DNA from: Azolla caroliniana | Lineage: Eukaryota; Plantae; Polypodiophyta | Assembly (NCBI GenBank): GCA_043228905.1 | Contig: JBHGNT010000013.1 | Coordinates: 1,116,001 to 1,180,000 of the forward strand | Direction: 5' to 3' | Length of the DNA stretch: 64,000 nucleotides | Part shown: positions 12,100 to 25,242 of the stretch, piece by piece | Layout: each line of letters starts with the position of its first letter | Position numbering within the stretch: the first letter of the stretch is position 1 | The notes under the pieces: model-generated | Seen by the model: the letters and a program-made list of their open reading frames with translations, nothing else | What the model was told of the DNA's origin: nothing | Database searches by the model: none | Position numbers and translations under genes: made by a program

Positions 12100-14830
12100 G
12101 ACTCCCCAAGTCGAAAAACCACCATCTAATATTATCTTGCCAGTTGCCACCAATAGAAGGTATAACCTTAACCATTATGTGCCTTACGATTTTTTTCCAT
12201 GGCTCCCCACCTAGCAACAAGCCTCTTAAAATAAAATTTCCCAAAAAAGCCTTACATTGTAATAGAGGATCAATCAATAAAAGAAGCTGACAAAATGTAC
12301 CACATGGAAGCCAACAATACTTGCCTGGCAACAACCTGACCTGCCAATGACAATTTAGCAACATTCCAATGTAACAATTTCTTCCTTATAGCAAGCAAGA
12401 AAGGAGCTATATGATCTTCCGGTGAAAGGTTAATTCCTACCTGACATCCCAAGTATCTTACAGGTTTACCATGCAGAATCCATTGAAACCCTTCCTTTGG
12501 ACACTACAAGGGGTTTACTGTGGTACTTACCAAGAACCCCACCGACTTATTCCAATTATTAACAATTCCAGAAGCATAGAAAAAACTATCAATAGCCCGA
12601 TGCACTCTACACAGATTATTGTGAGAACCTTGCAAATACAGGGTTGTATCATCAACAAATTGACAATCCACAATTTGCTCTTCTAACCAAGGCCATTGCA
12701 GTCCTTTTATATTCTCGACATTACTTATAAGAAAACTACTAAAATATTCTCCAATCGTCAAATATAAAAAAGGTGTTAATGGACATCCTTGTCTCATTGA
12801 CCTTGAAATTGAAAATGCTTGGCTAAGCTCTCTAACTACTAATACAATACTAGTAGTTGAGTTGTAAAGAGTTGTAAAGAGAGGTTAGCCATTGATTAGG
12901 AAAACCTATCTTTTCCATAGTGCCCCTCAAAAAAGACCAATCTACCATATCATAAGCCTTTTCAAATCCAACAACAAGATAGCTAAATCCTCTTTCCTTT
13001 CTTGTGAAATTGCAGCCACTTCCCAAAATAAGAAAATGTTATCCAATATACTCCTATCTTGTAAGAACCCTGTTTCGGTGTTATGAATGATGTCTGTTAA
13101 AAAATGTTGCAATCTCATAGCCAACAACTTAGCATATATTTTGTAAATAGTATTCAATATCGTAATCGGTTGCCACTTCCTAATATCAGCCACTACCCCT
13201 TCCAACTTAGGAATAAGATATATCATATCTTCTGTCCATTTACTTGGTATAATTCCAGTGTCAAACACCTCTTGGAATGCAACAATAATGTCGTTCCCAA
13301 TAAATTCCCAATAATTCCAGAAAAAATCTGCCGAAAGCCCATCAATACTAGGGCATACATGGGAACCAATTGCATCCAAAGCAACTCTTACTTCAAAAAT
13401 TGAAATTGGCTTAACTAAAGGAGTTGCCATATGTAGTGAAACCTATGCATGCGTGGTTTGCCACACCCATTGACGACTCTCCAATTGATTAAGTGTAAAA
13501 CACTGAGCGGACAATATATTGCTATAAAACTGTGTAGCAATATCCCTCATTTCCCCAACATCCTCCGTGATGGATCCATCATCCCTCTGAAGTTGTTTCA
13601 TCCCATTACATGATTTTTTTTTCAATTACAATTTTTAAAAAATCAGCTGAGATTTTATCCCCCACTTGGGTCCACTTTGCAACAAATGAATTATAAGTGC
13701 ATTGAGCCCAAGCATCTTGTAGTTTAGAGAGCTTATCCATTGTATTATTCAATTCAGACATCACCCACGTCGCCCACGACATACGTTGCTGAAAATGTTG
13801 CAACGAAACAACCGCTTGCTTAGTACTCAATATCTTAGTTTTTGTTGATATCGGTCCTCCTTTGCTTTATTACAAAACCAGTTACTAACATTGGCAATTG
13901 CATCCGCAACTCTATTACACCCCATCAATTGTGATACACTTGTATCCTTTCAAATTGCTAAAACATCTCGTCTAATGACAACATCAACATACATAGCGGA
14001 AGGTATAGGTGTCCTAAAGGCCTTCCATTTTTCCCTTTTTTTCAAAGTAACAATAAGAGGTGAGTGATCTAAGAAAATTGCCCTAGCTAATATCTATAAT
14101 GAACCTCCTAACGTTAGAAAGAAGTCATCAATGTAGAATCTGTTTAATCGAGCTAGATTTGTACCCAACAACCGTCTATCTCTAGAGAATTGCAAGGATT
14201 CAACATGTTTGCTAAAGGAAGAAGAGTGCCAAGTATCTTGAAAACCATACTTAAAGCACAACCTCTCCCAAAAGCTTAAGTCCAAACCATATAAAACAAC
14301 TTGGCTACCTCCACTTCTATCCAACTTATCCTCAATCATATTAAAATCTCCGACCATACACCAATGATCCACATGTGGCAAAGTATCACATAGATAAGAC
14401 CACAACCTCCTCCTATCTGATTTCGACAAATGTATCCAAAATCTACAATTGGGTTTTATGAGCATATACATTTATAAAACCCAATTGTAGATTTTGGATT
14501 TCGACAATAATAACTTGCAATCTTCTTTCCACTAAAATCCTATAATCAATCACATGCGACGACCATTTTTGGGCTAATGCTATACAAACACCAGCTTTAT
14601 TGTAGGATTCGCCAATAGCGGGACTCCAAAAATGGGCCCAAGAATCACTGAATAAGGATCCATACGAATCTACCCTTGATGGACTCAAATGATGTTCTTG
14701 TAAAAAAAACCATATCTACATATCGCATAAAGCTTTTATGCAAGTTTTGCCTAAGTTTAGCCTTAAATTTTTGTGGTTATGCACCACCCAATCCTTGTAC
14801 ATCCCATGAGACAATACAAAAATTATCCAT
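12100..14830 (-). pseudogene. L1/Tx1-like LINE ORF2 (AP endonuclease + RT), 3'-incomplete
   Basis: Starts MDNFCIVSWDVQGL at 14830, overlapping the ORF1 stop. Endonuclease motifs VGDFNM and RFYID..DH. RT motifs WQPITILN, RQGCPL and QFVDD. Confidence 0.9.
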
Positions 14831-16691
14831 AGGCTAACAAAAGTTGTTTACCTTTCACCCTCTTCTCCTCCACCGTTACTTTCTTAGGCTTCGCGATTTG
14901 TCCAACAATCTTTAATCCTTTCCAGGATTTCCTAGCCACAACTTCTATGTATGTATCCTTCTTTATTGATGAAGAGAGTGTGCTCTTTCCCTTCACCATC
15001 ATACCTCCATTCATAACAATAGTATATGACTGCACAACCGATTTCCCAAGCATGAATCCTTGTGCATTCTTACCATGGTTTGCTAAGGCTTTTGTTTTAG
15101 CCCGAGTTAACCTTCCAGAATACTACAACCCATCCATATGACCATCCTCAAGAGGTATCACAGTTTTGCTCTCTTCATTCTCTTCTCTCATAGCTAACTC
15201 CATGTGAGACTCGCCTTGTAATGAGGAAAGCACAAAAGCTATCATATGCTCATGATCATTCCCTCCCTTCAAGGGCTTGTCCATCATAGATTTGACAATA
15301 TCACAGTCAATTACAATATCATAACCCTCCTCTCTATCAAATTGTATACCATTATTATTAAAAGGAATTATTTGTAAATTTGTCTTATTAACTTGTGAAT
15401 TATCATGAGTTGCACGTAATCTTTTGCTAGATGTTACCCCTACACCATTAGATGTCCTCACCAAGGATTTCCTATAATGCTTCCTTCTACCTCCCATCGA
15501 GCCTGCACCATTAGTGTTGCTAGAAAAATGTTTGTGAAGAGTTTGTTCATCTTGAACAGGACAATCCTTGACCACATGTCCAATACAATTACAAACGAAA
15601 CATTAATAAGGAAGTCCAGAATATTTAACTTTTTGTACCCTCACTGGGGCCTGAAATATAGCGGGCAGCCTAACATATGAAGGCAATGGCATGCCCTTAT
15701 GACCAATTAAACGTATATATCGTAGGTTGAAATTCCCATCCACCTAGAGCACTACATCAAATTCTTCATCCATCAATTGAGCAATCGTGGAGGCCATATA
15801 TGGGATCACTGGTTTCCACTCTTTTAGTAAGGCCGGAAATATAACTGAAAAAACAAAGTAATGAGATAATTGTTCACTAACTGCATTTAGGTCGAATCTA
15901 GGCTCCCATTGCAAGAAATGCAGCAAAATGCCATTGATCCTTGTAGATCTAAGCCGTAACAACTTCATCGCCATATCAGCAACCGAAAACTCGACATGAT
16001 AACAACCTCTACCTAGGAACTGAATATCTACAATCCGATGGAGTTCTTCTTGGAATCGCGCTTGCATCAAGTGACACAACTCCCCACGACTAGGTCAGCC
16101 ACCGACAAGAAGGATATGGTAATAGGAATAGGAGCCATTGTGATGAGGAGGCGTGGAGGATATACACAAGGCTGTTAGAACCTTTTATTGCAATGCTTTC
16201 CAAATAGGTGATTGCTTGATGTGTGTCCGCACTCTAATGTATGGGTGGTTGTGGGTTGAGCAAAATGAGTATGTAATTTGTATTTTGGGGTCAATCAAGG
16301 GCCAACACCCAGAACTATGTGGTAACTTATGGTTGCCTCAAACAGATTGTTTGATATTGACCTATTATTCGCTTGTGGATAAGCCAATTGGATTTTGTTA
16401 TGCCTTAAATTTCTTTTGCCATATATTTTTAGAGTTTCCTCATGTACATATCTTCTAGAAAGATTAAAGAGAGCGTCATCTCTCAATATGAATATGGATA
16501 AATAAGAAAAAGCCTTTATAAGAACTTATCAATTCAAATTTCAAGGTCTATCCATTGATGACCTTCTAAACAAGCAAAACTAATTTGGATATTAGTTAAT
16601 CTCCTCTTAATTTGGATAAATATAGGAGGGAAGCATCTACTTTTGTATCAAGAGGTTAAAGACAATGAACCTTTGTCTTTGCTCGGAATCC
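14823..16691 (-). pseudogene. L1-like LINE ORF1 (DUF4283-like + CCHC knuckle); N-terminus probably continues at 25732-25847 beyond the inserted Gypsy
   Basis: IQFLGRGCYHVEF (DUF4283-like) and CFVCNCIGHVVKDC knuckle at ~15560-15605. Stop at 14823. Purine-rich coding-like sequence with ATG at 25847 (-) lies on the far side of the TSD. Confidence 0.7.
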
Positions 16692-17180
16692 TGTTAACCG
16701 TTCTGCCAGAAACACCTTCGATACGCCTACAAGCTATCGGTATCAAGGGAAGTGTAATCGTGAAGACTGGTGCACGGAGGTGTCGTTAGGGGGAGAACAT
16801 GGAGAGCATACCCGGAATAGAGCTCGGGTTGTATACGTAGTTGAGACCTTAAAATCAACGACACATAGATGAAAACAACAAAAGCTATAGATATGTATTA
16901 CTGCAATAGTTAGCGATGATTACAAAAGAACACGGCCCACAGCCGGTAGCCTTACAAAGCTCTTATAACTATGAACCGACCTCCCTAGGCTCTGGATATC
17001 TCTCCCTTGCCAAGGTACGCAGACCTCGGTTTATATACTTCTTTTCCTTCATACAACGCCAAGCGGTCGGTTGACTGTGAGGCTCGAAACTCGGTGCTTT
17101 ACCTAATTCTCCCTTACCTACTCGCCTTACTTCCGGCGTATTATATTTAACTAATTTCTATTTTTGGCCTATGGACAACA
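16692..17180 (-). repeat. 3' LTR of Gypsy element
   Basis: Direct repeat of 25243-25731 with TG..CA ends. Confidence 0.95.
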
Positions 17181-17293
17181 CCTGGCACGCCCGTGGGACA
17201 GGACTTTGTCTGTCGGACCCACGGTTCACCATGGATTTAACAAAACCACAAATTACAAAAATGGCCCGTTCTGACGGGGCTTAGAGGTTGGTC

Positions 17294-19947
17294 TTATTCT
17301 TCTTCCAATATGCCGAGGATATCTTCGGGGGCATGGGGTTGGGTTGGCTGCTTGGCCGGTGGGGTTGGTGTTGCCGAGTTGGGGATGGCGGTGTCGGCGT
17401 GTGTGCCCTCATCTGTTGGGACCGATGCAGGCAAGGTCGGGGTTATAGTCTGTGGCTCCGGTGGGATGTGGACGTCGGTAGGAGCAGACTCCTCCGGTCT
17501 AGTTGTCGTGGGGTGTGACTCGGTTCCTTGCTCGGTGTTTGTGGGAGCTCTATGACTCCCGGTAGCGAGTCGTTCTTCCTCGTACACTTCAGCTTCTAAA
17601 CAGAACACTATTAGATCGTCGTTGAATTCCTCCAAGAGTTGCTCGATGGCTGCGATGTGGGATGTTGCCAAGCTATGATATTCTTCCGGTAAGTCCTCAC
17701 GGAGGGTTTGGATGCTAGTGTCATCCATCTTGTAAAACCCTCGGCCCTCCTTCCGTCGGTTCTCGGCATCCGTGCGTAGTATGTGTAGGTCCGCGGCTTG
17801 GGCTGACCACTCCTGCCAAACATGGTCAAGCATTTCTTTGATCTTTGTGGTGAATTGTTGGCGATACTTCTGGATTAGGGTTTTGATTTTGGTATCGTCC
17901 ACACCGATGCTCGCGCGGTGAACTTCCAATGCCTCCCTTGCGGCCTTGGCTTTTGCTTGGCTTTTGCGGGTGAAGAGTGCTAACATAGCTTGATTATCTT
18001 TTGCTTTTTCCGTGATGAGCGCGATGGTCTACTCATAACAGTTGGTCAACTATGCTACAGTTTCGTCCCTTTCCAGTCGCCAGGCGTCTCAGTGTTGTTC
18101 TTTGACGGCGATGTGCTCGGATTGCAACTGGTGATATGCATCGGAAATTTTCGCTCGTTGCTCCTCCGAGATCCTCCACTTCTGCATATGTTCGTTGGCC
18201 ATGTCCTGGAAGGCTCGTTGATGACGGCATAATTCCTGGTTGTCGGCGAAGAGCTCTTGTTCCCGTTGGCTATTCTGCTCGGTTTCTTTGATGAACCGTT
18301 CCTTAGCCTCAGTGATTGAGACTTGGAGGGTCATCACCTCTCGTTCTCGTGCTTCAAGCGCCACCGACCTTTCAGAAAGCAAGCGCTTGAGGTTCGCTTC
18401 GCGGCTCGCGGCTTGTTCTCGTTGCTGGCCAAGAATGTTGTTGTGATTCTGTTCTGCCATTTTGGCCAACGCGATCTGGGCCTAAAGCTCCTCCTGGTAG
18501 TCCCTAAGGGGAGGCCCTATCTGGGATGCCGCTTGTTGGAGTTGTGCCGAGGACTCCCTGTCTGTCTGTGTCGCTTGTTCCATGAGTTCCTGAGGTGGTG
18601 GCATTTGTGTCGAGGCGTGGCTGGTTTGGGGGTGCGGGCTGATATATGCCTGTGACGATGGCTCACTTGCATGTACCAAGTCTGTCATTGTGCTGGCCTC
18701 GGCCGTGGCTACCATGGGGTGGGCGGTGTCGTCTTTGTGTGCTACGGTACCTTCAGCACTCGTGCTCGGGTTCGGAAGAGTGGCTAGTAAGACTGCTTCA
18801 CTTGGCGCAGGGAGGATTAAGGGCGGCTGTTGCTGCGTGAGTGTCGCTAATTTCTCCTCGGCGGCTTGCCATAGGTCAGTAGCCCGTTTGGCTTGCTGAT
18901 GCACCGTTTTGATACATCGAGCCATGTCCTTGGCTGCCATGACTCTGCTGGTACTATGTCCGTGGAGGGGGGGCTAGCCTCTTTTGATTTCTACCGTTGG
19001 TCACCTTCGGTTTCTGTGGTTGCCTCTCGAATGATATGGCATCTTTTTGGTGGCTGGTCCTGCGCGTTTGGGGCCGATGGTGTTGGCTCCTCAGCATGTT
19101 TCCTCTTCTGCTGCTGGATGGCCAAGGGCTGCTGGCTGGTGGACCGTGGGCTTGGTTGAGGAGAGGTCATTGATGTCCTTGGTGGCCTCTAGCGTATGGT
19201 GGCATCCTCGAGGATGGCCTCGGCCTCATCTCATTCGACACGGGTTGTTGTCACCGCCCGTTGTCTTTGTGTTTTTGGTGGGGGTGGGGCCGAAGCGGAA
19301 ACGGGGTGTTGAACGCCTGCGGGAGGTGGAGAAGACGAGGATTCTTCCCATTCTTCCTGAGTTATCTCCAAAATCTGCCCACATTGTTTCCGTGGTGGTG
19401 GCGGAGAGATCAGGGTGCGATGAGGGGAAACCAAAGGAGGTGGGTAGAGGACTGTAAGGAAGTGGTTGATCACAGGCAACAGACGCTTACCGGTTTGGAA
19501 GGATTCGAGCGCCGCCCGGATTCCTTCGCCTGTGATGATACCCTAGTCGATTTTGTTTCCCTCGTAATCACTGATGATGATCGCCGCTTTGCTCTGTGGC
19601 ATACTGGTAGGGTTGGTATGCAGGGACGTGTACTCCATCAGGATGCGAGCGAGTTCCCCAAATGCCTTCTTGGATCCACCATAGGTGCGGTAGGCTTTAC
19701 CAGATATGGAATACGCACCAAAGTATTCCTTCAGGGTCATAGAAGGGGGAATCTCGACCTCATGGTCACCTCCTCGTTTTAGTTCCAAGGCAGCACGTAT
19801 CATATTGTTGGTGACTGTGTCCAAGTGGATTCGTCGTGCGACCGCTTGGGCATCAGGGTGCGCAGGGGCATCAATCACCTTTAAATAACCACCCAAGCCT
19901 CGTTCCTGAAGCCAGGAGCGGGTTTCCTATGAAGCTGCAAGAGGCAT
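17294..19947 (-). pseudogene. Extra (env-like position) ORF of Gypsy: plant-transposon-protein-like N-terminus + Pro-rich linker + coiled coil
   Basis: ORF pieces 19947-19231 share one frame, followed by one frameshift. Pieces 18940-17294 share one frame with internal stops. About 880 codons in total, same sense as pol. Confidence 0.7.
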
Positions 19948-20559
19948 ACTGGACTCGAGGTTCTGCTGTGTGGAAGATTGGGGAAGGAGGATTCGACCAG
20001 GCCGAGACAGAGTGAGGGAAGGAGATGGTTGTGCGGCAGCGGGGCTACGAGGGCAAGAGAGGTCTTGTGAGCAAGAGCGGTGGGAGCGATGAACGCGCTG
20101 AGAGCGAGAGGAAGCTTGAGAGCGTGGAAGCGATGAATGTTGGGTGTGCAAGAAAGCGTCTGTGTGTGGAGTGGGCTTGGGGTAACTATTTTTTAGCGAA
20201 CGCCTAGGGTTTTGTGCATGAAGAGGAGCCTGGAGATTCTTGGGCATGGATGCCATAATAGGATATTATGGCCACGTGTCCAAGGGAGTTAGTGTTGCAC
20301 CTTGGATGTTGTGCATGTGCCTTTAAATACTTAAGTGAATGTGAAAGTGACTAATCGGTGCCTCTAACTTGACGTGATTTGGGTGAGGTGGTAGGTGGTG
20401 TAGGTGGAACTAACTAATTGCTAAAACTATGCCTAATCCTACCTAATGTCTACTTTGGAATGCTGGTGGGTCCTTACTGAGGGGGACGTGTGGCCTCCTT
20501 CATGGCCGTGTCCGTGCCGTGAGACTCGGCGAAAGGGTTGGTTGGGGTATTTCCCTGGT

Positions 20560-23500
20560 ACGGTCGTAGTCGGAATCCATTCACCCAGCTTTTGACTATT
20601 TCCCCGGCGAGGGTGCCGAGCTGGAATGTGCCATTAAACTCGTCAATAATCCAGAAGGGGCTGGTTCATCGAAATCGTAACTTTCCTGGCATAGCACTGA
20701 GTCGCGTCTAGAAAACGAGGACCGGTTTGCCTATGGTCAGTTCTTGTTCCAATCCCTTCCGATGTCGGTCCACAAAGGCTTTTCGTTGGCGTTGGTGCTA
20801 TTCAAGTTGGGCCATGCTCACTACTCGGTCCTCGCCAAGTTCGAGGAGTTGTTCCAGCCTCAATTGTTCGGATTGGGCCTCGGGAAGTCATGCTTTAACT
20901 TGCACTCAGAGACTCGGGACTTGGAACTCGATGGGCATAACGGCTTCTAAACCAAAAGCCATCCAAAAGGAGGTGGATTGAATGCTCGTTTTGAATGTCA
21001 TACGGTAAGCCCACAATGCACTCTGGAGCTTGTCATCCCAATCGGTGTGGTTCTCGTTGACGATCTTCTTTAGGATTGTTTGGAGAATTTTGTTAGTCGA
21101 TTCTGCCAATCTGTTTGCCTGTGGGTAGTATGGTGTGCTTTTCTTATGTACCATTTCGTAGTGAGTCGTAAGCTCGTGTATTATATGGTTTATAAAGTGC
21201 CCACCTTGGTCACTAACGAGCTCAATTGGACATCCATAACGGCACCAGATATGTTCGTACACGAATTTGGCCATGGACATTGTTGTGTTGTCTCGTAAAG
21301 CCTTTGCCTCGACCCATTTTGTGCAGTAGTCCGTGGCGACGATGATATACTTATTACCGGTTCGGGCCATGGCTGGTTTGAAGGGTCCCACAAAATCTAA
21401 ACCCCATTTTTGAAATGGTTCCAATGGAAGAATGGGTTGGTGTGGCATTCGAGCTTGTTCCATCGGCTGTCCCAACCGTTGGCACAAGTCGCACTGTCGG
21501 CAGAACTCGTGGGCATCCTTTTTCGTTGTAGGCCACCATAACCCACTCTGCCATACTTTCCGTGCCGTGGACTCTCCGGTGTAGTGTCCGCCGGCGATTC
21601 TGAGGTGGGCCTCTTGGAGGATGGCCTTCTTCTCGAATTGTCAAATGGCCTGACGCCATATTCCGCCCGAGCCTTTGTGATAGAGGATGTCGGAAACTAG
21701 ACAAAAGTTGTGGCTACGTACTGCGAGTTGTTTCCGTACATCGAGGGCCATGTGATTGGGAGGCAAGCCAGTACTAAGGAAATGGGTCATCTCCGTGATC
21801 CATTCATCTTCTTTGTCGTCAGTTAGCGTTGCGAGATGAAATAAGCCGGCATCGGGTAGATCGTCATACGTGGGCTCGGCAGGGTCTCCGAACTCGAGGC
21901 GGCTTAGGCAATCGGCGATAGCGTGTTGAACTCCGGATCGATGTTGTATATGAAAATCAAACTCTTGTAATAGGAGCATCCATCGAGCCATTCGACCTAT
22001 TAGGGCTTGTTTATTAACCAGGTAGAGGAGGGCCGAGTGATCGACGTGAAAGGTGAATTTTCGGCCTAAGAGGTAATGCCGAAAATTACTGATGTTGTAG
22101 ATCATACCGAGGGCCTCCCGTTCGGTGGTTGAATAGTTCTTTTCCACGGCCGAGAGACGTCGGCTAGCATAATACACTAGCCGATACCAATTTGGGGGCG
22201 TGCATTGCATAAGTGCGCTCCCGATGGCAATATCTGATGTGTCCACGAAGACGTGAAAAGGTTCCGACCATCTCGGGGGTTGTACAACTGGGGCATGCGA
22301 GAGCATTAATTTCAATCCTTGGTAAGCCTCGTCCTCGATTAAAGTCCATTGAAACGGGAGTCGATGCACCGCCGCGTGTAGTGTTGTTGCGAAATCGGCC
22401 AAGTGGCGTATCATCCGGCTGTGCCATCTGATTTGTCCCAAAAATCAGTTGAGGCCTTTTGCGTTTGAGGGTGCCGGGGCTTTTAGGATGGCTTATACTT
22501 TATCCGGGTCCATGGCGATACCTTCTTGACTGACAATGTGTCCGAGTAGGTTGCTTCTTGTGACCAAGAACGCACACTTTGCCGGGTTTAAACTTAACCG
22601 AGCCTGGCGACATTGATCAAGACAAAGGCGTAATTGGGTCATGTGTTCCAGTCGCTGACCATATACAGCGAAGTCATCGAGAAAGACTTGCATGAACGGC
22701 GGGATATACTCGTTAAAAATTTCGGTGATGGTGCGCTGGAACGTGGCCGACGTTGTTTTTAAACCGAACATCATGACTTCTACCACGAAAACACCCCATT
22801 CCGTGACAAATGTTGTTTTCTCTTGATCATCCAGGTGCATTCTGATTTGGTTGTACCCACTAAACCCGTCTAGAAAGTTGTAGCATTCGTGACCTGCCAC
22901 ATGTCGAGAACACTATCCGTGAACGGGAGAGGGAAGCCATCCGTGACCGTTGCAACATTAAGCTTGCAATAGTCCACACAGACTCAGATTTTCCCGTTTT
23001 TCTTGGGGACGACTATGGTTGGGCTTAACCATGTGGCGCATTTTACCGGTCATATGAACCCGACTCGGAGGAGATTGTCTATTTCTTCCTTGACCTTAGC
23101 CGCATAATTGGGGTTCACCCCGTATCGTCTTTGCTGAACCGGCCGAGCGTCCGGGAGAAGGTGGATCTGGTGTTGGTAGTATTGTGGGTCCAAACCCTTC
23201 ATATCCGTGTAAGACCATGCGAATACATCCTGGTAATCGGTGAGTAAGTGGATGAGGGCTACTCGTTCGTCGGCTGGTAAGTTATTAGCAATCTGTAGGG
23301 TCTGAGGGGTCTCGTCCGAACCGAGGTTCAGTGTTTCGAGCGTTGATGCCTTCACGCATTGGGAGACGGCGAGTTCACGTTCAAAAGCGTCCCGAGCGTG
23401 TCGTAATTCGGCAATGGTGGTGCGATCGGGCTCATCCTAGGGAGGTGTATTCACCGTGACCTCCTCGTTTAGAGGTGTGCCGACGGCCGACATGGCGTCG

Positions 23501-25051
23501 ATTTCAAAGAGAGGTATGATAGTGGGATGGTCTTCTAGGAAATCGCCCACCTCGTCATCGGCTAATCCGTCGAGCATGTGCACCCCTTCCGCGTATAACG
23601 GCGAGGTGTTGTGGGGCGTGGTTACGCGTTCTTCGGTTATGATCCGGACCTTGGTCTTTCCTCGGCGAAACGAGATCATGTTGCATTGCTAATGTTGTTT
23701 GATATTGGGTGTGAGCAACCATGGTCTGCCCAATAACATTGGGTAAGCCCCCTGTGCTTCGAGTCGTAAGACAACGGCCGAGATAGTGAAAATGTGGCCT
23801 CCTAGAGTAAAGTTGAGGTGACGGATTAATCCAATGGGGCGAACCGATCGTGTGTCGGCCATCCGAAACCAAAAGGGGCAAGGTTCCCATTGATTCAGGC
23901 CAAGTTTACGACAGGTAGCCTCGCTGATGACATTCACGCCAAAGCCGCCGTCGATTATGCACCTGTGCAGGTCTTTCCCTTTAATCATAATTTTTATGGC
24001 TGGATTCTGCGCATCCATGAGAGGTGGACCGTTCCTGGCTCGGTCAGGTGCAAAGGTGGTGCGGTGGACTGGTTGTTGGCCGTGAGTGAAGCCAAGGTGT
24101 CCCGAAAATGCGACATGAGTGGTAAGAGTTTATGCAAAGGTAAGCAAATCCTGGAACTGGTAAGGGTGTCCCACAGCTGGTCATCTTCTGCCGTCGTGGA
24201 TGGAGCCGAGGACTGTGTTGCTCCGATGGTCGCATCCACACCACAATGTTTTTGTTGGCCGTATCCATCCATTCTTTGGCTGCTTGCCGGACTTCGTCCT
24301 GAACTTGCCATGGGGTAGCCTAGGCTTTGCTGCGTGTTGTGATGTTTTGTATGTCATCCATAATACTATTCACGGCAGGAGCCTTTCCGCGGTTTGTTGT
24401 TGGGCATTGCGTAGCGTAGTGACCGGGTTGGTTGCACTTGAAGCTATGATTTGCTCGATCGTTTGGTTGTCAAAATTAGTAAGTGCAAGAGTCGTTCGTA
24501 GAGGCTCCCGTAGGCTGGACAGGAATGCGTCTGGAATGCTTTTGTGCAGAGACATCGTCGGTCACATGTCTGTAGAGATCTCGGAACCGGATCGTGAACT
24601 GTGCGACCATCTCGTGTGGTTCTTATCGCATGGAGAAGAACTGTCGTAGCAATTCTCGTTTGGGCACCTCGCGATGGAACAGTTCTAGGAATTATGTGCG
24701 AACGTCGTGGAAGGTGCCAAACTCCCCTGTGTTGAGGCCAGAATACCATCGTGCAGCTGGTCCATCGAGGGATAACGTAAACTCGGCAATTTTTGAGGCC
24801 TCGATTTCGGCAGGTGAGAGGCGCTGGGTTGAGTGGTTGGCCTGCCAGGTGGACACGAAGGCACAGACGTACGATTCCGCGTCGGGGTTGTCGGTGTATT
24901 GTGGGTAAGGATACGGCATGGTATCGAATTCGGATTCTTCCGGTAAAGCCGGAAAAGGGTTAGGGTCAGGGTGGGTGACCTCTAGAGGGCTTGGTGGGGA
25001 GGTTGGTGTGGACTCGACTCGCGACCGAGTAGCATGTGGCGAGGATTGCAA
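20560..25051 (-). pseudogene. gag-pol pseudogene of Gypsy
   Basis: Gag 25051-24300, protease IIDGGFG, RT (FLDGFSGYNQI, FLDD), RNaseH (NYSTTEREALG), integrase (PFQKWGLDFVGP, TPYYPQAN). Confidence 0.92.
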
Positions 25052-25242
25052 CCGGTGAGCCTCCGATGTTTCTCGGAAGGACTGGTCCGTGACAGCCGAG
25101 TCGGAAGTGCCTTCGACTGGCTCAGGGCGTCGGCCGGATGGCCGAGAACGCTTGATGCGATTGGGCGCCGTAATGGCGGCCGAAGGTTGTCTTCAACGTA
25201 GTTCGCTATGATCTCACAGATGTAACCGAGCGTGCCAAATTG

